DNA from: the human T2T-CHM13v2.0 reference genome, Homo sapiens | Length of the DNA: 64,000 nt | Assembly: GCF_009914755.1 (NCBI RefSeq) | Contig: NC_060942.1 | Strand: one strand, 5' to 3' | Translations under genes and position numbers: made by a program | The notes under the pieces: generated by a model | Seen by the model: the letters and a program-made list of their open reading frames with translations, nothing else | What the model was told of the DNA's origin: nothing | The model's database searches: none | Shown here: piece after piece, positions 45,059 to 59,600 of the stretch | How the letters are laid out: each line of letters opens with the position of its first letter | Numbering within the stretch: the first letter of the stretch is position 1

Positions 45059-46129
45059 TACATTCTGTAATTCTGTCCTGGGGTCTAAGGCGGTTGTCAC
45101 TTTAAGCCTTGTTAATTCCCCTACCCATCCCTCACCCTACCATACCCCACACTCTTATCCCATAACCTCAGAGAAATAAAAATCCCAAATTTCTTTGAGT
45201 GATAATACATGCAACTACATGGGTGTATTATTCATTCTTAAACTTACATTTTCTTTTGTTCAGCATTTATTGAGTGCTTACTAGATTCCAGGCCTTTGGG
45301 AGTAAATAAATAAAAAGGAATGGTCATTGCTCTAGAAAAAAAAAATAGGTCTCGAGCTTTATTTCTCTAAGATGCATGGACAAATGGTGTTCCCACATCA
45401 GATATACTTTCATCGTTTAGGATATAAGCAATGCCCAGCTGCTATCATTTCTGCTCTTCTTCTACCACTAGGAGACATATAATATTCACATATTCAGTAT
45501 ATATTAATTCTATTCGAGTATGTTTTTAAGTAAACTGCAAACTTTTCATCTGTAGATGACTTGTGCCACACCTCACAATGATCAGCCCGCAATGCTGAGG
45601 TTGAAAAGGACTGGAGCAGAGGAGCATTTAGGCTTCTGAACAGCAGCAATAAAGGTCTGCCAAGGAGCATGGAGCAAAAGAAGGGAGAAGTTACCCAGGC
45701 CAGAGAAGGTCAGGGAGGGCTCAGAGGAAGTGACTGGAAACAGGAATTCGAGAGGCAGAAAGAAGAGAAAAGACTTTTCAGGATGAGGAGAAGGCAGGTT
45801 CCGAGGATAGAGAGAGAGAAAGAGCAAGGCAAGCAGGGAGTTGAGGGGAGAGGGAAGGCATGGGAGCAAGATGGAGGGAAGAATGGAAGGTGTGAATGTG
45901 CAGTGGGAGAGAGGGTATGGGAAGACTCTGTGGGTAGGATGAATGGAGCCAAATTGGGGAGAAATGTGTACATTATACTACAGAACATGGATTTTCTCCC
46001 ATGGTGAGTCATGGGAGTTCTGCTGCAGAGAACATTCTCAGATGTACACAATATCAACGTTGATTTTCTAGAACATGCATGACCATGACTGCCATGCTGG
46101 GAGTTGGAAGTTTTCTGTGGAATTCATAC

Positions 46130-46345
46130 AGGTTAGGGCTTTAGGAAGCAGACCAAATCCTGAATCTATCACTTGCCAGCTGTGTGCCCTTGGACAAGGC
46201 TCTTCCATTGCCTCAGTTTCCTCATCTGTGTGATGGGAACAATAACAGTTCCTACTTTATAGGGTGGTTGTGAGGACTGAAGGACACCATGTAGGTCAGG
46301 TACCTACCTAGAAGGCCTGGCATATACTAAGCACTCAATATCAGG
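46130..46345 (+). mobile_element. MIR
   Basis: cagctgtgtgcccttggacaag...gcctcagtttcctcatctgt...gggtggttgtgaggactgaa. Confidence 0.8.
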
Positions 46346-46572
46346 AAGAGTTCAGATCAATGTCCTGGGAAACATCCATGCTTGTCAGAAGTTCACATTC
46401 TGGCTTCATCCTATGGATACCTTCCTTTGCCCTGGGCAGTTAGTATCTGCTTAGCAGCATCCCCCAGGTCCTCTGGCAACAACAGAGCCCCAGGCTGCAA
46501 CCCAGTGGGACAGAACAGTTTCAGGAGCAGGAGGAATGCTGTCTGCAGACCCAGCTGGCTCCTGTTTGATCA

Positions 46573-46860
<288 letters not shown>

Positions 46861-47798
46861 TCACTTGAGTCTACTTTAAGAATGTACTGATATCTGTTTC
46901 GTGGCCCAAGGAAAGCTTATCACAAGGACACAACTGTGTCCAGGATACCTGGTAAAGCTCAGAATCATACAGGGATGACTGGCGATTACCTTCTGACTTG
47001 AATTACTGAGCCACCGCTCCCTCCACTGCTGCAGATCATTTTTTAAATTGAAGCAAAAAATTTGGCAGCATGAGCCTTGTGAGACTGGTTACAAGAACTG
47101 GAAGCCTGGATTTGCAAACTGTGACAATACCATCACTGTCCTCACAGGCTGAAGGTTGGGATTCTGACCTTATTGGTGAGAAGCAGAGCCCAGGCAAGGG
47201 GAACTGCAAGCCCCACATCAGGCACAGTGAATCCTAGGATCTTGTGATCAGGTCAGAAAACATCAGCCACCAACAGTAAGGCTAATGGACTCTATGATGC
47301 CTCCCTCAGGGACTCCCATGCGAGCTAAGTTAGTGAGGCTGAGATAAGTGTGCCTTCTAGAATACACCAAAGAGCTGAGGGGCCCTCTCAAAATGTGCCC
47401 AGAAGATCCAACTGAAAACTCGCTCTAGGATAAGTAGAATTGTTAATAGCTAGAATGTGTCCTCCAGTCATAATACAATATGGGCAGAGGATAACCTTTT
47501 TACTGTCAACATGTATCTCATAACATCATGTTATATACCTTAAATATACACAAAAAAATTTATTTTAAAAATTCGATCACTTTAGAACAGGATTAAGATG
47601 ATAAAATGCTACCAAGACCAATCAAGCATCTGGTAGCTTTGTAAAATATTGAAGACTATACTGTAAAAAACAAAAGCATTAGAACAAAAACACACTTTCA
47701 TGGTTGTCTCTATATAAGTTCAAAGTGCACAACCCTCTGCTTTACATTATTCCTGCAGGAAATTCTGTCTCAAATGAATTTCAAAGTTTCAAGATTTT

Positions 47799-48093
47799 GG
47801 CTGGGCGTGGTGGCTCACACCGTAATCCCAGCACTTTGGGAGGCCGAGGCGGGAGGATCACGAGGTCAGGAGATCAAGACCATCCTGGCTAACATAGTGA
47901 AACCCCATCTCTACTAAAAATACAAAAAAATTAGCCAGGCGTGGTGGCGGGCACCTATAGTCTCAGCTACGCAGGAGAATGGCGTGAACCCAGGAGGTAG
48001 AGCTTGCAGTGAGCCGGGATCGTGCCACTGTACTCCAGTCTGGGCGATAGTGCAAGACTCCATCTCAAAAAAATAAAAATAAAAGAAATAAAA
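47799..48093 (+). mobile_element. AluY-like with a ~13-nt internal deletion in the right arm
   Basis: gaccatcctggctaac and gagaatggcgtgaaccc present; cagctac|gcaggagaat lacks tcgggaggctgag. Confidence 0.88.
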
Positions 48094-48912
48094 AGTATAT
48101 AGATTTTTAGGAATGCATCTCTTGCATAAAATGCAACCAACTGGTATCAAAGACTCAGGCAATAGGAAAAAGAAAAGAAACCATCACATCAGGGCAGAGC
48201 TATACCAGGACAGTACCATCCAGGATCTGAGAACTGGACTAAGAGACTCCAATCAACCCTGGATGTGAGATGGGAGTTCGGTTATTACCCAACTGGAGCC
48301 AAGAATGAAAATAGAAGTGGGAGGAGGAAGAAGAGAGGAGGAGTAGGAAGATGGGAGATTTAATAAGCATATCCTATGTTTCAGGGGCACCTTGACTATT
48401 GTCAGATACCAAGTCTGAATAAGACCCACCTCATTTGAGGTTGGGTAAAGGGAATACACCAACTTAAGACCTTGCAAATTCTTGAATCAAAGACAGAGAA
48501 GATCATTCTAAAGAATCAGAGGAGGGGCAGAACTCTGGAAAGAACCTAATGTGGGACCCACCAAAAGAACTCACACCATTCAACTGATGTGCTTAAAAGA
48601 ATATAAGCAGATTTAGTCTTTATGAAATAGGAGTAAATATCTTTAAAGACAGATAAGACTACAATGAAAAGGCAATCAGATGAGATTTAAAAATAACTAA
48701 GTTAAGTAAGAAAGGGAATCAAGAAAAATAAAACTATACAGCAGCAAATAGATCAAAGTTCTTAAAATTCTGCCTGTTCTTTCACCAACTCCTGAGAATG
48801 TACCGTAAGAAATAATCACAGATGTGCATAAAGATAAGGCATGAAACGTTTGTCACAGCACTATTTATAGTATAATAGTATACTGTATATATATATACAC
48901 ACACACACACAC

Positions 48913-49270
48913 ACAGGTTGAACATCCCTAATCTGAAAACCGAAATCCAAAATGCTCCAAAGTCCAAAACTTTTTGAGTGCTGACAACACACCAAAAGTG
49001 GAAAATTCCACACCAGACCCTATATGATGGGTTGCAGTCCAAAAACAGTCAAAACTGTGCTTCATGTAAAAAATTATTGACTGATACTGTGTAGAATTAC
49101 CTTCAGGGTACTTGCATAAGGTGTATATGAAACAAATAAATTTCATGTTTAGACTTGGGTCCCATCCCAAGATATCTCATTATGTATATGCAAATATTCC
49201 AAATTCAAAAAAACCTGAAATCTGAAACACTTCTGGTCCCAAGCATTTCCAATAAGGTATATTCAACCTG
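48913..49270. mobile_element. Tigger4/MER46-type DNA transposon
   Basis: Terminal inverted repeats caggttgaa...ttcaacctg; internal aaatccaaaatgctccaaa. Confidence 0.85.
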
Positions 49271-49423
49271 TATAGCATAATATACATTTTATATATTACA
49301 TAATATACAGTATATAGCATAATTATGTCATATAATAATTTTGAGGAAAAAATAGAAACATTTGACCAAAGGAGATTGGTTTAATAAGTCATGGTAGATC
49401 TAAAACACTTATTTCCATCATTA

Positions 49424-50055
<632 letters not shown>

Positions 50056-50576
50056 TAATTAATAGAAAAATGACTAGAGGATATTCATCCAAATATTAAC
50101 TGGTTATTTTTGGGTGGTAAAATTATGAGTGGTTTTTTTTGTTGTTTATTTGTATTTTCTAAATGTTTTATGATGAACATGTATTAGTTTTATAAGAAAA
50201 AATAATTAAAAGAAATACATTCAGAATTGAAATATACATTGACAGGAGAAAGAAGTGGAACTCAGTGTGGAACAGCAAATCAATGATGTGGTGGGAATTT
50301 GACAAGTTCTCAAGGAATGCAAAAAAGTAGAGATGACAGGAGTAAAGGGGAAGCTGCCGGTTTTGGAAGGTAGAGAATGGAAATCCAATAGATGGGCAAT
50401 TGGCTGTCCTGAGAAAGAGACCAGAACAAATGCCACCCGAGCAAGAATCTAACATACAATAAGAAATCTCTTTTCTGACCTATAAATAAATTAATTACAA
50501 ATAAATGAATAAACAAATAGCCTGCCCATCAGATAGAAAACACATACTGTGTTTCAGAGAAATTAAAAACAAACAC

Positions 50577-50650
50577 GGAAGGAAGGAGGGAAGGAAGGAA
50601 GGAAGGAAGGAAGGAAGGAAGGAAGGAAAGAAGGAAGGGAGGAAGGAAGG
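50577..50650. repeat. GGAA microsatellite (10 uninterrupted units at 50589-50628; 15 GGAA in total)
   Basis: Counted directly. Confidence 0.95.
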
Positions 50651-51489
50651 GCGGGCAGGCAAAGACCCTACTCCTAGATGCTGTCTGGCAAGACTTTTGA
50701 ATTAATATAAAGAAAAACATCTGCAAGCATCTGGCAGGAAAAAAAATTAGGTTACCCGGAAAGAAACGAAAAGTCTACTTGGCCTCAATATCAAATTTCA
50801 GAAGTTAACGGAATACAATCCACAAAGTTTTAAAGGAAAAAAGTGTTTTCACCCATAGATTTCACACCTTGCCAAGCTGCCCTTTGAGGGTAAGACAACA
50901 AAGAAACACATCTTGGCATATGAACCTGCCTCCTTGGGGAACCTTCCTAAGAGCACAACGCACCCATGTGACCAAGAAGGAACCTGAGTTCAAGAGGGTG
51001 AAACTGTTCACCCTTTAAAGCTCTGTCCACTAAACCTTGTGTTTTTACTCTGCTGTCTTTCTTTTCAGAATGAAGAAAGTGGACTTCAAGGTACCTGTTC
51101 TGTGCCCTGCCCTGGCTGAGGTCATAAAATGCACAGGCCTCCTCTCCCCGCTTTGCCCAGCTAAGCAGAAAACCACCTGAAAACACACTTCTGCTGATGT
51201 ATTGGCTATTTGGATTCTGGACTCACACCCTATTTCTTCTCCAATCCAAGCAGCAGTTCCACTTAGCCTCCTGGTACCCTCCAGGCTTGCTGCTCTTAGG
51301 ACCAGGCAAGCCCTTCCTTTCCAAAGGAATTTGGGCATTTCTTCCTTTGTTGATTCAATGCCCAGTCCCATGCCAAGAGCTAGGGAGGTGCCCTCAAGGA
51401 ACTTTCAGACTAATTATGAAAACAGGTATGGCCATCACTAGGATGTTCACTCAACACCCTTTCCAATCACCTTCTTCCTAGTCCACTTC

Positions 51490-51960
51490 TATTCTACAGG
51501 CTGAAAGCTAACTGCCCAATTTCCCAGTTTTCACTGCAGCTAGGGTGTCCACATAATACATATTTGGCCAGTGAAATGTAGCCAGAAGTTCCAAGGAGGG
51601 CTCTGCTTTTTTCAAAATAAGGCATCATTTGCCAGAAAACAGTCTTTATGCCCCTTGTCAAAGCCTTTATCCCCATTTTCTCTCCCCCTCTTTCTGTCTG
51701 GAACATAGATAAGATGCCTAGAGATTCAGTAGCTATCATGTGCTCATGAGGCAACAAATTGGAGGATGAAAGTCCCAGTGCTGGCGATGGTAACGCAGAG
51801 AGGGAGCAGGTGCATCAGAAAGCAGCTGCACCAGCCCTGAGCTGACCACATTTGGATTTCCTGGCTGAAGAAATGCAGGATGAGCTGAAAAAAATAAGCT
51901 CCTAGTTGTTTAACACTGCACTTGAATCTTCTGATCCTTGCAGCCAAATATTTTCCTAAT
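51490..51960 (+). mobile_element. Old ERVL/MaLR-type LTR (LTR33/LTR16/MLT1J-like)
   Basis: gcagctaggg...tggccagtgaaatgtagccagaagt...ttgcagccaaa..ttcctaa; family uncertain. Confidence 0.5.
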
Positions 51961-52778
51961 ATAAGAAGATAAATAAAGTTAAGCAATAATAAAACCTCAA
52001 CTATCAGACAGCCTCATTCTTTACAGTCAAGTTGTTATAAATCTGAGTTTTCTATTTTAAGCAATAAGACCTTTCTCAAAATACTTTTTCAAAAATATAT
52101 AACACATTAACCTTTTCCTATCATTCTGTAATGAACAGAAATATTATACGTTGATGTCTTCATAACTGAGGGAAGTCTATGCAAAAGGCCGGTTGCCTGT
52201 TTTCTAACGGACCTCAGCCTGGTGTGAATTTTTAATACTCTTTTGGTATTTTATATCTTCTCTGACTTCCCCTTACTGTTCTCGATAACACTACCCATTA
52301 CAGTGCCTCTTTCCCCTTCTAATTTTCCGCTAGAGGTTTAAAATGACAGGAAACAAGTTTACTAGAAGGGATTACAGGTAAGCACCAGATTCTGAGTGCA
52401 AGTCTGAAGGGGGCTTCCTTCAAAATCAGGGCAAGGCCAGATAGAGCCAGGGACACGAGCTTTCTTTACAAACTTTGAATGGAATATGTTTTAGCTGCTC
52501 AGGAGCCTTTTTGCTTTCTTCTTGATTCTTAACTTTGTCCTGGATAGGTGAAACTATAACACTTGAGATCCAGAAATTTGTGGTACAAAGCAACAGGTCA
52601 AGATAAGTCACAAGAAAGCGTACGCTTGGATCAAATGAATGCTATAAGCAAGCAGGGTTCTAAAGTTTCATGGGAGGGAGAGGTTCTGGTGGGCCACGGT
52701 CAGGGAAGGCTTCATGGCAGAGTCTTGAAGAATGAACAGGCCCCGGCTAGGTTCAGATGAAAGTACTGGGCTTCCTGT

Positions 52779-53123
52779 AAAAAAGGATGAGTTCATGTCT
52801 TTTGCAGGGACATGGATGAAGCCAGAAACCGTCATTCTTAGCAAACTATCACAAGGGCAGAAAACCAAACACTGCCTGTTCTCACCCATAGGTGGGAATT
52901 GAACAATGAGAACACTTGGACACAGGGCGGGGAACATCACACACCGGGGCCTGTCGGGGGCTGGGGGGCTGGGGGAGGGATAGCATTAGGAGAAATTCCT
53001 AATGTAAATGACAAGTTGATGGGTGCAGCAAACCAACATGGCACATGTATACCTATGTAAAAACATGCACATTGTGCACATGTACCCTAAAAAGAAAAGA
53101 GAGAGAGAGAGAGGAAAAAAAGA
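52779..53123 (+). mobile_element. Short L1PA (L1PA7-like) 3' UTR fragment
   Basis: L1PA 3' UTR; 20-bp TSD gaaagtactgg(g/a)cttcctgt at 52759-52778 and 53124-53143. Confidence 0.9.
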
Positions 53124-53332
53124 GAAAGTACTGGACTTCCTGTGAAGATGGTAACGTGGATGAAGTCTTGGAGGCCATAAGGAGGACAGAATGGCTGGCC
53201 ATCTGGCTTAGGTAGAAGAGTGGATGCAGATGGACCTAGAGAGGAAAGTTGGGACTGAGATACAACCCTCTGAAGAACAAGAAGGCCCCCCTTCCAAGGC
53301 CACAGGGACTGCAGAGAAGCAGCTGAACTCAC

Positions 53333-53481
53333 CTGGGACAGGAACCAACCTGCAGAGCCCCCCTTATTGTTGTGGCCAACATTGATCTTCATCAGCTGCC
53401 CCAAATCCGGGGCATCCAGGATGAACCTGTCTTCAGCTCCCTTTTCAAAGTTGTCCTTTTCATTTTCTAGCCTACGCTCCC
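53333..53481 (-). CDS. LOXHD1: LOXHD1 exon 6 (149 nt, c.611-759): (G)[49 protein letters not shown]
   Basis: Acceptor gtctgtgcatacag|GG, donor CAG|gtgagt; ORF 53087..53539. Confidence 0.96.
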
Positions 53482-54179
53482 CTGTATGCACAGACATACA
53501 AAAGAAATTACAAAAAGACCAGAAGAAAAGAATTTCCAAGCCTTCATGGTCCGCCCACTGAAAGATGCTCTTCCAAAGTTAACAAGGGCAACTTCCTCCT
53601 GAGATCTAAGGGCTCCTTACATCCCTCCAGTCTCTGAACAAGGCAGAGGTTTGCTTCATGTGTGGCTTGTGCCCAGGTCTTATAACTGAGCTTTTGATTT
53701 CTGCCTTACTCTAGAGTCCCGATCCTACTAAACCGATTTGTACCCCCATCTCTAGATCTAGGACCCTGCCTTGCTTTTGCCAGTTGCTTGTCCTGAATTG
53801 GAACAATAGCCACAGCAGTTGGTAAAGGGGCTGCCGGTATTCAGCCTACAGACTTCCTTAGACCTGACTCCTTTTCTGGAAAACAGTGCTGGTAAGTATT
53901 AATACTATCAGATGCTGCTGGTTGTTTAACATAGTTTTGGGTTTTACTCTCATTTATTCCTCACCACAATTCAAGAAGGAGATATTATTAACTCCGTCTT
54001 GCAAATGAAGAAACAGAGACTTAGAGAAGTTAAACACCTTGCCAAAAGTCATGCAGGTTATAAGCACTTAGTTAGGACTCAAATTTTAACCTGTTCTTTC
54101 TGCTCTGCAATTTTCCATTATTGTGTATCTACAAATCTTATCTAGGCACCAATTTTTGCTGAAACCATCCTGTGTTCTT

Positions 54180-57100
54180 TCTTTTTAATTTTTTTTAAAT
54201 TTTAGATTGTGACAGTTCAAACATACAGAAAATAATATAAGACATTCATGTACCCACCATCCAGATTTAAGAGAGATAACAGATACTAACATTTTGTCCA
54301 GTTTTCTCCAGACCTTTCTCATTTCTTAAGGATGTAAAACATGACAGATATGTCTAAGGCCTCACTGTCCATCTCTTCCCTTCTACTCCTTTCCCAAAAT
54401 AAACACTATCTTCAACTTGGTATATATCATTCCCAAGAATTTTTGTTTGCATATATATGTATCTATAAAGACGGCTCCTGAAGTGTGATAGTCACTATTA
54501 TATTATCATTGCTGCTGAGGTGGTTGCTATTGTTCCTGTTATCATTGTCACATACCCTTATGCTACTTGCTTTTTCTCAGTTAATGTTATCCTTTTGAGA
54601 GTACCTTGATGATAGTCATAACTTTAGTTTATTCATCTGACTGCTGTATAATAGTCATTGAATAAAGGAAACACTGTTGTCTATGCATTCTTCTACTGAT
54701 GGACATTTAGGTTGCTTCTATTTTTTTGCTATTGCAAGCAGCACTAAAATGGACTCTTCTGTACCTATCTCCTACTGCACATTTGTAAGAACAGCTCTGA
54801 ATAGATACCTACAGCTTCTGAACCCTGAGGTGTGCTCATCTTCAGTTTATTAGATGTTGCAAAATTTACCTCCAAAAATGGTTGTATTACATTAATTACC
54901 ACCAGTAGTATATGAAGATTCCTATTCCCCACAAACATTAACATATATTTTTTAAAATTTTTATTCAGTGTGTACCCAACAGCATCTTATTGTAGTTTTA
55001 ATTTGCATTCCCCTGCTTATTTGGGGAGATTGAGAATATGTTCATGAATATATTTTGGCCATTTAGGCTTTTCTCTTCTGTAATTTTTCCATTTATATCT
55101 TTTATTCCATTTTTCTCTTGTCTTGTTTGCCTATGTTTATCATACAGATATTTTTCTTGTTTTAATAGACTTCAATTTATCAATATTTTCCTTTGTTGCT
55201 TATGCTTTTAATGAATTATTTACAAAATCCCATCTCTAAATTGAGATTAAAAAGATACTCCTTTAGAGTTTCTTCTAAAAATTTTTTATTTTTGTTTTTT
55301 CACATTTAAGTCTTCAGCCCATCTGAAAGTTATTTTGTGAGTGGTAAAAGGCAGGAATTTAATTTTATCATTTTTCATATGGTTAGACAATTGTTCAAAT
55401 ACCAGTAATCGAACATTTCATCTTTTCCTTCTGATTTACAATGCCAACTCTATGTGTGCTTCTAGACTCTTTATTCTGTTTCATTGCTTTATTTTGTTTA
55501 TCCATCTAGCAATATCACACTGTTTTAGTTTTTAGAGACCTAAAATGTCTTAATATCTGGCAGGGCAAATATTCTCATGTTATTAATATTGTTAGCATTA
55601 TTTTCATTATTCAAAATTGTCTTGTCAATATTTAGCTCTTTATGGCTTAGCCCTACATGAATATTAGTAGCAATGTAAGCTGTGGGGTATTGCCTTTTAA
55701 GATTTCAACTGAAATTGCATTGCATTTATAAAACAACCTGGGAAAATTTGCCATATTAATGAATTTGAGTCTTTTCTCATCCACGAACATATTTCTCAAT
55801 TTATTTACATATTCTTGTATATCCTTCAATAAAAATTTATAGTTTTCCCAAAAGGCTCTTTTTAATATTTATTCTTAGGTAACTTGTAATTGCTAATGCA
55901 AATAATATATTTTTAAATTAAATGTTTGCATTACTAATTTTTATTACTTTTTGTATTGTAATCTTATATCCAGCAACTTTAGTAACTTTCTCTTTCATTG
56001 GTTCTAATGGTTTGTAAATTCTCCTGGATTTTGTAGATGATCATTATTTTTTACAAAAATGAAAGTCTGTTATTTCATTTTCAACTGTTATAGCTTTTAT
56101 TTATTTTACTTGCCCTTTTTTCTGGCCCTAGGACCTCTAGTACTGTGAAGAATAGAAATAATGAGTAGCTGGACTATTTCTTTTGTTTCTGACTTTAAAA
56201 AGAGTGCTTTCAAGTTTTCAAAATTAAGCATGATATTTGTGCATATTTTGGTAGATAGCCTTATATTTTTCAAAAGAAATTTTATTTCTAGTTTTCTATG
56301 GGTTTTTAAAAAGTAAATAATGCAAATTTTCCTGCATCTATCAAGATAATTCTTTCTCTTTAATCCGTTACTATAATAAATTATACAAATAGACTAATGT
56401 TAAATTATCATTAAATCCCTGGAATAAACCCTACAGAGTAGAAATTATTTGTCACATATCTATATATTTATTTATCAATTTGGTGTGCTAATATTTAAGA
56501 TTTTTAGGTCTTTCACATGACAAAATGCTTATCATCACTGGCCATCAGAGAAATGCAAATCAAAACCACAATGAGATACCATCTCACACCAGTTAGAATG
56601 GTGATCATTAAAAAGTCAGGAAACAACAAGTGCTGGAGAGGATGTGGAGAAATAGGAACACTTTTACACTGTTGGTGGGACTGCAAACTAGTTCAACCAT
56701 TGTGGAAGACAGGGTGGCAATTCCTCAAGGATCTAGAACTAGAAACACCATTTGACCCAGCCATCCCATTACTGGGTATATACCCAAAGGATTATAAATC
56801 ATGCTGCTATAAAGACACATGCACATGTATGTTTATTGCGGCACTATTCACAATAGCAAAGACTTGGAAACAACCCAAATGTTCATCAATGATAGACTGG
56901 ATTAAGAAAATGTGGCACATATACATCATGGAATACTATGCAGCCATAAAAAAGGATGAGTTCATGTCCTTTTTACGGACGTGGATGAAGCTGGAAACCA
57001 TCATTCTGAGCAAACTATCGCAAGGATAGAAAACCAAACACTGCATGTTCTCACTCATAGGTGGGAATTGAACAATGAGAACACTTGGACACAGGGTGGG

Positions 57101-59600
57101 GAACATCACATACTGGGGCCTGTCATGGGATGTTGGGAGTGGGGAGGGATAGCATTAGGAGATATACCTAATGTAAATGATGAGTTAACGGGTGCAGCAC
57201 ACCAACGTGGCACATGTATACATAGGTAACAAACCTGTATGTTGTGCACATGTACCCTAGTACTTAAAGTATAATAATAAATAAATAAATAAATAAATAA
57301 CTTTTTAGGTCTTTATTCATAAATAAGACTAATCTGTACATTTCTTTCTCTTAATTTATCAGCCTGATTTTGGTATCAAAAATCATAAAATAAACTAGGA
57401 CACATTACCTTTTTCCCTATTCTTCGAAACTATTTATATAAGATGGAGATTCATAATTTCTTAAATATTTGTTAGATTTTGCCTGAACAATCTTCTTGGT
57501 GTGATGTCTTGGGTGAATTTTAATTGCTGCTCTAATTTCTTTAGTGATTACAGATCTCCTTGGAATTTGGCTATAGTATGTTCTTAAGAGAATCTTTTTA
57601 GGATGCTGAGATGAAAGATCAGGCTACATCATATAGTGGCAATCATAAGGCTTGGACCCCAGCCTCTTTACTATGCTAGAGGAGACCCTCATGTTCCCTC
57701 AAGCATAAATGATGATGTGGCAGAAGAGGACCAAAGGCAAAGATTCTCCCATGTCATATTGCTATGGGACCCCAGCCCCAGGAAAGAGGCTAGCCTTCTC
57801 CAATAATGTAGCTTAGACCTCACAGCCCAAGGGCCAGTGTTTCTCTCCCAGGTCTGCAGTCTTGCCCTGCAAGATCCTCCTGGAATGACCCAGTATGTGA
57901 TGGGTAACAGGGACCTGCATAGTTGTTATTGCTACTGTGTCCTCTAGTTTCCCCAGATAAATTCTGTTCCGGGTGGTGATGGTGGTGATGATGATATAAC
58001 ATGTGCCATCAGATTATTCATATTATAATTTATTCTTTAATTACTTAGACATATGCTTTTTAATTTTTAAATGGGGTGAGATGTGGACATTTCTTCTAAT
58101 TTTATTGCCTTATGATCAAAGAATGTTGTCCCTATATTATTGATTCATTTTAAGTTAAGGCTTGCTTTGTGATTTTGTATATGTTCATTATATGCTTGAT
58201 AAGAATGTGTATTCTCTACCAGTTGGATGCAGTAATCTATATACTCCCTTTAGGTCAAGCTTATTAACTGTGTAGTTAAAATCTTTTCCACTCATACTAA
58301 ATTTGTATGCATTTGGCCTATCCATTATTGAGAGTATTGTATCAAAATCTCCCACTATGATTCTGTATTTGCCAAATTCCTCCAAGAATTTTGTTAATTT
58401 TTGCTTCATATTTTGGGAATATGTTGTTAAGTTTACACAAGTTAAAAATTATTGTATCATTCTTTTTGTCATTATTCCTTTTGTCATTGTCTATTTTTAT
58501 TTGAACAAAGTTGTTTGCCTTAAAGTTTCATTTGACAGATATTAATATAGCTATGCCAGAATCTTTCCTGTTTGTTAATGTTTTCCTGGTATATTTTATT
58601 TCATCCCATTTATTCTCAGACTTTCTGTATCATATACTGTATTTAAGCTGGATTTTTGAATTTTCATCTAAAAGAATATCCATCTTTTAAATGCTGACTC
58701 TGTTCTATTTATTAATACATTTGTTTTACTTTTGCTATTAGCCATGTTTTTTCTTTGCTTCCCTTTCTTCATTTCCTTCCTTCGATTGGATTGATTCTTT
58801 ATTCCCTTTTATGTCTTCCTTTGGTTTTCAAATTATACATTTCTGTTTTGGGGTGGTTACTTTTACAATTTTGATATGCATACTTATTAAAATCTACAGT
58901 TAATCATTATCCCTACTCTCCTGGGAATGGGGAGATCAGCAGGGGCCAAGACCCTTACTATGTCTTAACTCTCATCATCCACTTTCCTTCTCAAATATTA
59001 TTGATTTTAATTGTTGAGGTCCACATTTCTTCATGCGCTGATGTTAGTCATCATTTTTGTTGTTTTGTATAGTCAATGCTTGCTTAGATTCATTACATAG
59101 TTATCCATTTTTGCTCACCTTTGTTTCTTGTATCTCATTCCTTTCTTCTGTGTACAATTTCCTTTTTCTTGAAGTATATCCTTTAGTGGTTGTTTAAGCA
59201 TATGAATGGTAAACTCTATTTATCTTTGTTTGCATAGAAATTTGCTAATTTAGCCGTCACTCTGGAATGATAACCTAGCTGGTATAGAATTATGGGATGA
59301 TATATATCCTTGCTTAGAATAGTGAAGACACTATTCCACGTGCTTATAACCTACATAGGTTGCTGATAGGAATTTGCTATCAATCTAACTATTGTTTTTA
59401 TAGAAAGTAATCTGCCAAATCTGTTTCCTTTTAAAATATTTCCCTTTGCCTTTAGTTTCACCACAATGTATCTAATTATCTGAAATTCTTGAGGATTTAA
59501 TCTTATTGTGTGTTGTGTTGATTAATGCTTAGTTATGATGAATTATATATTTGAGTGTTTTGTAGTTTTGGAAAGTGAACACATCTTCAGTATTTTATCT
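54180..59600 (-). mobile_element. Long, highly degenerate L1M LINE (interrupted)
   Basis: T-rich + strand; ORF 58188..58409 (-) resembles L1 endonuclease (IIVGDFDT.LS.MDR); boundaries approximate. Confidence 0.7.
56514..57300 (+). mobile_element. 5'-truncated L1PA (L1PA5/6-like)
   Basis: ORF 56517..57029 is the L1 ORF2 C-terminus ([13 protein letters not shown]); 3' UTR, (TAAA)n tail, TSD tttttaggtcttt. Confidence 0.92.

Noticed and set aside
48884-48915. (TA)n(CA)n as a third UG-flanked cryptic exon
   Set aside because: Short tract, and the adjacent site is CCT|GTGTGT, a poor donor; likely grew from the Tigger TA target site
56517-57029. 170-aa ORF
   Set aside because: L1 ORF2 C-terminal remnant of a truncated L1PA, not a host gene
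57820-58002. ORF with a His7 run resembling a synthetic tag
   Set aside because: Natural (GAT/GGT)n low-complexity tract inside degenerate repeat DNA; no vector context
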